IMG/VR virus record: IMGVR_UViG_3300007346_000025
Coordinates: 1 to 64,000 of that record
DNA: 64,000 bases
DNA from: a virus
Strand: one strand, 5' to 3'
The notes under the pieces are model-generated. The model was not told where the DNA came from. It saw nothing but the letters and a program-made list of their open reading frames with translations, and made no database searches. This document shows, piece by piece, positions 21,401 to 30,400 of this stretch. Both the position numbers and the translations under genes were made by a program. Numbering within the stretch: the first letter of the stretch is position 1; each line of letters begins with the position of its first letter.

Positions 21401-21487
21401 GATGCTCTTTCTGAAATTGAAAAACAAGCAGAAAAGAAATCTTTGAAAGACTTAGATAATGACTTATTAGATGATATAGATTGTTAG
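15452..21487 (+). CDS. 2011-aa putative ejection protein with hydrophobic segments and a degenerate PD-(D/E)xK-like domain
   Basis: Hydrophobic LGAAVLAPFTGGAS and IFASGFFMGFLGGG segments; LAGQIDLLVAD near 20423; adjacent to the RNAP gene. Confidence 0.6.
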   Translation: MMEEMDLNQSLSQETNDLYSGVTDFNEYFPISPSEPPTVTNLGTQNYITGSAPGNLPSQVPKNPAYNFDDHKKAMQNYMWNFAQQNAYDPNAYGKIQSYDLGPTGNAYYRRYAASGLDVMDELGFFPTKDNEQTWNDNTSWTDDFSRMITNSFGTLFYEGVVSGPKSLSRWLQGADFFDVDPEAAMNYERASAIGYSSRKGAGAFTSNLVMNFGYTAGIISEIMLEELGAAVLAPFTGGASSAAVTANAARRLNRLSHIDMSTLRVAKGFDASMDGARQFGNVLTELNDINNARKTYEAVKTSNNMLRGEKFFSNYFVKTLNPATQTVSELYDIYRAQDNLAGFASMSRTLGAFYRDIRTINMARSESALEAGMVQNKVFEDLYNKYYAENGEVASDEEMRNMMNQAHAAGIETSMYNFPLIYATNKVTFSNLLSKGKISNYINQSIRELGEVEAGRFGKLGKVVYNQSTKQFEFWKSGLKSWWKGWRADPFYKSVGKTVGYFKANISEGIQETFQEVIADAAEKYYVETYDSDLVQKQMYKNGQLPYLNITGEYFAKGFERFNPFTTAEGLDIFASGFFMGFLGGGMDKVINNTFIRANRIVQPEKYKEYKEKKLEITRDLVNSLNGQGVSNFINSRMWDAGVQSKAAAAKRKGNKKELEDAENEAFIAHFTVLSENGVLDQYLDGLLSLNKLGDEEFIDAMDNSITAEQIPQAKQKITDIVDRAKKLESKYNYYKEKYPSPVDMKLFDPGASEDYTEAYIMNQAWEYATKQAVFYNESFENTMQRMKDIMELQYNERPVSKMTKRQSDVLFVPKLLSNEIGLLQNEIDALSELDDPASKELLKTKKKELNALIKYKEKFDSFDRYYHRGRYIEGVKEKLSKERGGVEITNEEASAYILEALGVDEATEEKELKLISELETAYKEYLRGISEVEDDYIFTDGIDTAFERLLDYYKLDNESRTLAEGINLLNDPMGYINLVERNKQWMTDLYSRRSEYYEKLVKAQLEQQENNALLNALADEGIFVSVDDFKKWIDFRIPPKEFYDQARGIVIPEGSPTYDKYYFLFERVAKLSEDTSTEIVEDTMDTALKNELGRLDLEKQAKIDSLPKMTVREDLSEVLPNRGKTMGIRRIAGQIPIGNYADATYMDQDVEEVLTFYKDSNGNLFYVVDGNVTNQVESNLAYKFTKAQVFNFAEKPDQVVVDNLEKDYEELKNAVKERYAKAKENLKQDKQAEKEKVYTPDTDLDEMPNSLKKELYELFKKEEFDKLPEEVRVNMKYNQEQNLFVKFIQSNLAAKEVIDNYNKKQKATKATAPTGEKNDFTFKFLGKEVNTKDLTAVELRSYQRRLKQTISGLTEKQRDNSITPEEKTELANAKVVSIDIEKLIKTRSKNELSPELQEAVKKVEDIEAKQENLITTELGVVVDNVVHRPVTQVTIDSTQKNAANIDAKKADVEKYKGKSKFSYTIQGNNVYLAPSLSVENNHEELKNTIFDFLNILSKNKDLKYLEGGIKRVIESSRTWYPFSVLGDYLAGRYNTTIDKVISQFKSADFTQNELDVLKYSLENRTSPYAEQTTLEQSSTTPQSTANESISFINEQLDNLFTKDTRPVFDETKISREAFDNLFGDNGIFTTLKKREENGEIYITSRNLKVYDTDLKLAGQIDLLVADTKKNLTIVKVDLRTKEQWNAFDKKNNDQLLPQTLNANLLQRMTGVAPKVALMPIEIITDKSGKITSATKPSRENLLDTEFLITLDKNLVKDQAEGIVSAVKPVPEIQPTVQMPADAQSSDDQQSPAVESEGDPVDPKDAYKSENERITSEDIAEKLKSVTTEPQLLKLKIQVNLDIAEGKILPEDIDKITEMLDNKDLSLSEEIDPKISPDNMIKGTQLVAKSLIFTDKNQTEIFAEEDDTVVITSTNKKEGTVTVQPLGKKTRLKLTRDELNNLFTEKEAVMEAKEKPTTKPDKESKANVVETLDAVDTFVADQDALSEIEKQAEKKSLKDLDNDLLDDIDC

Positions 21488-21490
21488 ACT

Positions 21491-24400
21491 ATGAAAATTA
21501 CATGTGCATTAAGCCAAAATCAAATTAAGAATCTATACAGTAATGTGTATGGTAACATGCTCAGCTCATTAAAAGAAGATACTCCTTTTGATGTTAATAC
21601 ATACATGGCAAGTGTATTTGATAAGATTAGCCAGAAGTCTAGTCCAGAAAATGCTGCTAAGTTTGTACAACAAATACCTAAAATGGTTTCTGTTGCTGCT
21701 AACCGTGAAGATTTATTTGACCTAGAAATTGACCTCAATGCAGTTAGAAAACTTGTAAAAGAGTTTGCTAATGAAGATACGGGAATTGAATCTGTAATGA
21801 AAAGATTTGCTCCTAAAAAATCTTCAAGTACTAAAAAAGAGTTAACAAATAAAAAAGCTAATGAAGCTTTTGATCCTACACAAACAGAGGATAAACCTGC
21901 AGAAACAAGACCATTATCATTAAAACCTTTCTCAATCTTTAATACAAGTTATCAAGAGTTTGAGGCAATTGATCCTAAAGCAAAAGAAGAAGGATACCAA
22001 GAAGTAGCAGATGAAACTAAAGAATTTATATATACTGCACTTGGTAAAATTGCTGCAGCAAATACTGATCTTGATAATGCTATGGATACCGCACAGTATC
22101 AAGGTAAAGAACTTAGACTTAAACCTATAGTTTTAGCTTCAGCTCCTGTTGAAATGCTTGATAAGTATTCTACAAGAATTAAAAATGTATCTACATTTTT
22201 TAGAAACTCTAATAAGAAAAACAATAGAGTAATTCAAGCCACTGAAATTATCTTAATGGCAATTTCAGATGAACAAGGTCAACTACTCTATTTTGATAAT
22301 GAAGGTAATATTGTAGATACTCCAGAACAAGGAAGAGTTGTTTATCAATTTTTAAGAAATGTAATTCAAGAGAATGGTAAATATGTAGATGTAAATATCT
22401 ATGGTTATTCTAATCAAATTGCATCACCTGAAGAAATATCTAAAGCTACTGGTGTACCAGTAGAAGAAGTTGCTAAAAATCAACAAGCTGACTTTAAAGC
22501 ATTGTATGATTATAAAAAATCTATCTTAGACGGTAATATAGCACTAGCACCATTAACAGGAATTAGTGAAGGAGTTTCTCCTAAACAATCTAAACAAATT
22601 ATAACATTAGCTAATATAAATCAATTTCCTTTTGGTAGTGATTCAATATTTAAATCTATTAAACCAGTTAAGACACCAAGAGGTATATTTAAAGATGGGG
22701 ATACTACAATTACAATTGAAGGTACTGAATATAAAATTGATAGACCAAATGCTACAGATGACATTATTAATAAAGTAGCTGATGTATTTAGTAATCCTAA
22801 TATATCTAATAAACAAAAATACAATTTCTATTTACAGTTTTTTTCAAAAAAAGCATCTCCATATACAAGAAGACATAATGTAGAATATGCTGAATCAACA
22901 GATGAATTAATTTTTACTTATTCTCCCACTACTTATGCTGAAAAATATTCTAAGTTTCAACCAATTGATAATTTAAATACTCCTGAAGCTAAAGAATTAA
23001 TTGTTGATATTTTAAAAAATGCTTCTGGTACAAAAGGAAAGTACTTTTCTGCTAAGATGAATTATGATGAGACTAATTTATCTAAAAATGGTTTTCTAGA
23101 TTATAACTTAGAAACAAGAACAGTAGATGAAGAATTTAGTAATTATATTGAATTACTAAAAACATTACCAAGAACTACTATATACTTTAGTGAATCTAGT
23201 GATCCTAAGAAGTTCAATGCATATATGAACTTTAGAATCCCAACTGAATTTATTAAAAATGTAGAAAAAGCTAAAGAAAATCCTGCTTTAGTAGAACCTT
23301 CTCCAACAAGAAAACAAAAAAATATTCTTGTTGATTATTTAAAAGGTCAACCTAAAATTACTCAGAATCTTAAATTAAATGTATCTGCTACCACTAAAAA
23401 GGGAATGGAAAATATATCTAATGAAGATTCTGAAATAAAAAATATAGATGAATCTAAATTTAAGAGACTAACTAATACTAATGAAAGTGAAAATGGATTT
23501 AGTGTTGAAGATGGTATTCTAAGAATTAGAGTTGGTGGATTAGATGTGTTTGGAAGAACTGGTGGTGCTACTCAAATAAGTTTAAAAGTACCTGAAGGAT
23601 TTAATCCAAATCTTTTTGCTGAAAAACTTAAGGACATAAGTCATGAAGGAGGAATTACAACACCAGAAGCTGTAAATCAAGTTATTACTGATATTAAAAA
23701 TGCTCTTAATCCAAATGTAACTACTGATATATCAAAGCAAGGTGTTGTAAATACTTCTGCTGCAGGCAATGAATTTGGAACTTTTAATATTACTTCTCCA
23801 GTAACAGGAGAATCACTTGTAGTTGCATTAGATAAAAAGTTTTTTAAAGAAGCTCCTTTATTAACTGTTGGTACACCTGTTTCATTAGCATTAACAACTT
23901 CTGAAACAGAAGATATGTATATCCCAGATATTATTGAAGTTAGAAATTCTGAAGGAAAAACTATTGGTCGTGTAATGGAAACAGACTATGGTAAAAAAGA
24001 AACTCCATTAGATAATTATTATAGAGAGCTTAAGAAACAAAGAAGTAAAACTATTGAGGAAAAAATTGAAGAAAGTACTAATACAAAAGGTACTGCTAAT
24101 CCAAAAGATGGTTTAGCTGGTAAGTTTTTCTTAAGAAGTGGACATTTGCAATATGATGCAACACCTGAGCAGGTTAAAAAAGCAGATAGTTGGTGGAATA
24201 CTAGTGATTTAAATAAGTATTTATCTTTTGAACAAGGAGTAGCAATTGTTAACTCAGATGCATTTGCAAGATTTATTGCTTATGGTTCTATTCTGAATGG
24301 TAAGTTAGGGATGATACAAATTGCAAATAAAGGTTCAATGGTAGATATATACCATGAAGCTTGGCATGGTTTCTCTCAGTTATTCTTAACACCTGAAGAA

Positions 24401-27400
24401 AAAACTCGTCTTTATAAAGAGGTACAAAGAAAGTTAGGTAGAAATAAAAAACTTTCATTTTTTGATATTGAAGAAATTTTAGCAGAAGACTTTAGAACTT
24501 ATGCTAAAAATCCAAAGGCTCTTGAAGATAGTCCTGAAAGAAATTCAATCTTTAGAAGAATATTAAATTTCTTAAAAGAGTTATTGGGTATAGGGTCAGT
24601 TACAAATGTAACAGATATTAAAAAAGTAAGAGAACTTTATAATAATCTTTACTTTAATGAAAATCTAAATCAATACACACCAAGTATTGATAATGTAATG
24701 TTTGATCTTCTCAATAGAAATTCTGGACTTCAAACATTAGCAGATGAAAATATTCAAGCTTTAAATAGACAAGATGCAACCACTGTAAAAAATTCAATGG
24801 ATAGTATCATATCTAAACTTACTGATAATTTATACTCAGAAAGAAAAGAAGATATAGAGCAATTGGGTCAGAACAAATCAGCAACAACTAAATTATTAGA
24901 AGATCCAAGAAATAGAAATGCATTGTATTCTTATATCTTTGATCAACTTGACACAAGAAGAATTGAATTACAAGATCAACTTGATAACCTTGAAGATGAT
25001 ACTAAAAACTTTTTAGAAAAACAAAAGTTAGAAAACAATATTAGAATTCTTACTGCTGCATTAGATAACTGGGGTAATCAATCTAATGGTATGATTAAAT
25101 ACCATATAGAAAACTCAGACTTTAATCTTCTAAGAGAAAAGTTTGTAGAAATGACACCTGAACAAGAAGATGCTGTAGAAGATGTTGAAGATACTGATAC
25201 TGAACCAACTGCTGCTGAAGATACTGAAAGAGTAGGTGATAAAAAAATTGGTGATAGATCTTTGCTTGAGTTAGCAGATAAGGAAGTAGTATATATTCTT
25301 AAGAGTCTATTTAAAAAAGATAGATCTGGTAAAGTAATCTTAAATGAACTTGGATTTGAAGAACTTGTAGATTTTAGAAGTACTTGGAATAATGTTGTTA
25401 GAACTATTGGTGGTGAACAAGATCCTATTGAACAATATAAATTATTAAAGGATGCTATCAAAATTCACCCGGAGTTTGAACAGTTGGTAAATTTTAAATT
25501 AGCAGATCCTAATCCAGACTCTGAAAATGCATCTAATAATTTATATGAAGCTAAAGCTACTACAGCATTTTGGCAAACATTTAGTAAACCAAGAGTACCA
25601 CTTTTACAAAGCACTATTTTTACAAATGGTATAACTCAAATTACAGAAGCTTCAATTGAAGCTGTAGATATATTAAGAGGTTTTGAAAATAAATTTAAAG
25701 CTGATATTAATAATGCATATATTATAAGAAGGAATGAAGATAATGTTCCTATGCTTGCACTCCAAGCATTAGTAGAAGATTTTTCAGATAAAAATGGTAA
25801 TCTTGATGATACTAAATACTATGAGTTTGCAAGAAGATTAGGTATATATCTTGATGATATTACTATAATTAAAAGAGCACTTACAAAGAATCAAAAAGCA
25901 GCAGAAGAATATGGTCTTCCTTACATTTTTAAAACAGTAAAAAAAGTTGCTGATTTAGAAGTAAATCCAAATGCCACTGAAAAGCAATTAAAATTTGTTG
26001 AAGATTTTAAGAAAAATCCTATTTTCTATTTAAGAACACAAATTCCTGCAGGAATAATATCTAATAAAGAAGAAACTCAGAAATATGCACTTAAAAAATT
26101 AGCAGAATTACAATCAAAATATGGATTAGATACTTCTAATTTTGGGGTACTTAATGCAGAAGGTAATACAGTATATGAACTTATTGAAAAGAGTACAGCA
26201 AGTAAAATTGCTTATGCTATAAATAAAGCTGAAAAACTTTCTGATCTATGGAATTCTAGTACTCTTAAATACATGAGTTATTTAAATCCAGCTATTAATA
26301 CATTTACAAATAACTCTAGATTTCTTAAAACAATCTTTGACTTTAATGATCCTGAGTTTACTAAAAGATCTGATAAAGAATTAGAATTATTTCTTTCTTC
26401 TGGTACTCAACAAATTGTTAATGAGGAATTCGGAATAAAAGATGGAAATAACACAACTTCATTAGATACAACTAGTAAGTTTCTTCAAGAAATGAACTCT
26501 ATGCTTAAAGCTGGTGTACAAGAATTCATTCGTCATGCATCTAAAAGTTCTGCATTTGGATTAAGAGTTAGCGGTGATATTATTGGTAGACCTGGTAAAC
26601 TAGATAGTGATCCTAGACTTTGGATTGATATAGATATGTTTGCTGATAATACTGCTGACTCATATGCATTAAAGACACATATTGTACCTTATATTGCAAC
26701 TGAAGCCAATAGAATTTATAAGTTTAAACAAAATAGAACTGAATTTGAAAAATATCAAGGATATAATAATGAAACTCCTAGTGGTAAAATGGCTGGAGAA
26801 GTATTTACTGCATTTGATAATGTATTAAGACCTTCAACTAAACAAGCAATATATTCAGCAATTGATAATGCAATACTTAATAAAGAATACTTTGATTTTA
26901 TTTCTTTTATTAAAACTGATCAAACAGGATTAGCTGATAAAATTAGAACTGATGTATTAGATTATTTTAATGAACTAACTGAAGAAAACTATAATATACT
27001 TCAGGAGACCAATTATATTAGTCCTGATATAATCAATAGACTTAAAAAATTTAATTTATCAAAAGAAGAACAAGATAAATTACTTACTAGAGCTTATACA
27101 TTTAACTCTTGGATACATAATTTTGAAACTATCAATCTTATGTATGGAGATATGGCACAGTATAATCATATTAAAGAAGAGTTACATAAAAGAAATACTG
27201 GTTTAACTTCAACAGGTAGATCTTTTAGAACAGACATAGCTGCTCAGAATTTAGTTAAAGGAGCACTTAGAAAAAATTCTTATGCTGAGAAAAAAGGATT
27301 TAACTATGTAGAATATGATGGTACACTTAATACAGCTATCATTCAAGATATAGAAAGATCATCTGTTTACTTACCAGTTATTGAAAAAGCTTTAATTGAA

Positions 27401-30400
27401 GATTATACAAATAAGCTTAAAGAAACAATAAAGGATCCTGCTAAACTTACTGAAGCTGTAGAATATAGAGTTAAGAAGGACTTAGATGCCTACAAGAAAA
27501 TGGTAGAAGGTGATGGTCAAGGGTGGGTTACTTTTGATACTTATAGAATTCTTAAGAATCTAGAGAATGCTTGGTCATATGAGCAAGAAGAATTATTTAC
27601 TAAAATAACTGATGGAGAATTTGTCTCTCCTACAGAAATTATTCAAATGTTCCCAGTATATAAAATACAAAACTTTGGCCACTTAGCTAATACAGGATTG
27701 CCTGTAAATGCTATGCATAAGTTTGCACTTGCTCCATTAATACCATCTATGATTGAAGGATCAGATCTTCAGTCTTTACATGAACAAATGATGGCAAATA
27801 ACATTCAGTATGTTACATTTCAGTCTGGTTCAAAAGTTGGTTCTGTTACTTCAGAAAAAGATTCTAAAGGTAAAGCAGCAGCAGACATCATTTATAAAGA
27901 TGATGAAATGAAAAATCTCAATAGAGATATTAATTTTACTCCAAACACTATTTACGTAGATTATCTTAAAAATGTTACAAATGTAAATAGCTCATATAAA
28001 GAAAAAGCAACATTCTCCACACAGTTAAGAAAATTAATCTTGGGGTCAATGTATCGTGAAGGTAAAATCATTAATCCCAATAATGAAGCAACTGTAAAAG
28101 AATATGAAAAAACTGTTGATGAGTACACTAAACTTTTAAAATTTGAGTTACTTAATGAAATTGGGTATGAAGAAGTAGACGGTAAGTATATTGGTAATCT
28201 TACAAACTTTTTAGATTTAGTTCAAAGAGAGTTAGGTAGAAGAAAATTACCAGAACACCATATTGAATTTGTTGGTCAAAATCTAGATAGCACATTAAAG
28301 ACTGATTTATCATTACACTTAAGAGCTGATGATATAGAAAAAATTCTAGTTAGTCTTATTGAAAAAAGATTTATTAAACAAAAAGTAAAAGGTGAAGCTT
28401 TAGTACAAGTATCCAGTGCTATGACAAATGGAATCTGGTCCACACCAACATTTAAAAAAGCAACAGCTGAAGAAATTAGAAAGTATATTGGCACTAATAA
28501 CTTACCTTTCTATAATCCAAGTAAAGATGGTACTTCAGCAATGAAAGTAGCAATTGCTTTACAGGGAGACTTTATAAAATTATTGAGAAGAAAAGATGTT
28601 GCAGTAATTGACACTGTTGATGGAAAAAGAACTCTTAATAAAAAAGCTAGTCTTGCTAAGTTAAATCAACTTATAAAAGATGAAGCATGGTTAGAAAATA
28701 ATAGAGATTTAATTAGAATGTCTGCTGTACGTATTCCAGTACAGGGTCTTAACTCTATGGAGTTCATGGAAGTCTATGAATTCTTAGATCCTGCAGCAAG
28801 TAATATTATTATTACACCAACAGAAATTGTTGCTAAATCAGGATCTGACTTTGACGTTGATAAACTCATCACTTTTATGCCTAATATAGATAATAGAGGT
28901 ATGTTTATTAAATCTGGTATGTCTGAAGAACAATTCCAAGATTTTGTAAAAAGAAATAAAAACAATAAAGATAGAGTAAAAGAAACAATTAAAACTCAAA
29001 AATCTGCTCTTGAAAATAAACTTATTACAACTATTAATAATATTCTTGCATTACCAGATAACTATGCAAATCTTGTAAGGCCTAACTCTACATATCTACT
29101 TAAAGATATTGCAGATAAACTTCAAGATTTTGTATCTGAGTATGATAGATTTAAAAATAAACTTGGTCAGGAATATGTAACAATAACTGATAAAGAAGAT
29201 AAAAAAGTAAAAGTTATTAGTCCTACAAGAACACTTGAAACTGGATACAATCTTCATAAACATGATGTAAACTTAACTGGTAAGAAAGTATTAGGTATTA
29301 CAGCTATTGAGAATTCATTAAATCCTATTCTTAATTCTTTGGGTGCAGCAATGCCAAAAACATATAAGCATTCTTATTATGATAATGCTATAAAGAAATG
29401 GGTAGAAACTGATACAACTTATAATACCAACTTGTATTTGCCACATAGAAAAATGGCAGATGGTAGAATTTCTCTTTCACATACTGAAAGCTTAGATGGA
29501 GATTCAATTTCTGATGTTCTATCACAAATGATGAATGGTCTAGTTGACGTAGAAAAAGATGCATGGATATTCTTTATACAGGCTAATTTAGAAATTGCTC
29601 CTACTTTATTGTATTTAATTAAAGCAGGTGTACCAAAAGAACATGCAATCATGTTTGTTTCTAATCCCCTTGTTAGAGATTATGCTAAAAATAAAAGGCT
29701 TTACAATAGTGCTTATTCTGAATTATCAGGTAGAAAACTTGATGATAAATCTTATGCTCAATACCAAGCTGCTACAGATGTAATCATTAGTCAACTTCCA
29801 ACACTTATTGAAGATCAGTTATCTAATATTAGAGATACTGAAACTATATATGTAAGAACAGGACGTTTTAATCCATACTTACAAGAAATGGAGTATGAAG
29901 ATATTCCAATGACTAAGTTGCAACTAATTCAAAAAGTAAAAGACAAAAATTTTGCTGAGTCATTTATTAATGTGCGTAAGGATAGTAAGAAAGGTGGGAT
30001 TATATTTAATAAACCATCTATAAGTAATAAAAAGTATTACTTAGACACTAAGTTCTATACTCAAGCATATATAAATAAAAATAAAGAGTTTGACTTAGAT
30101 CTTATGAAAAGAGTTATTCTTGATCCAAAGTCTTCAAAATATAGAGGAGCAGCAATGGCTATGTTTATGCACTTTATAGAAATTGAAAAACAAATCCGTG
30201 GTCTCCAAACATTAAAAAGACTTGCTAATCCAGATACTAGAACTTCTAAAACATTAGAAGAAGTAATTAGAAGAGGTGTATCACTTGAAGAACTTAAAGA
30301 ACTTTCTAAAGTAGATCCTGAGTTAGTAAGAAAATTAGTTGAAGAATCAATTCTTGGAAGCTTCTTTGATAATAAACTCATTGGAGAATTAGTAAAACCA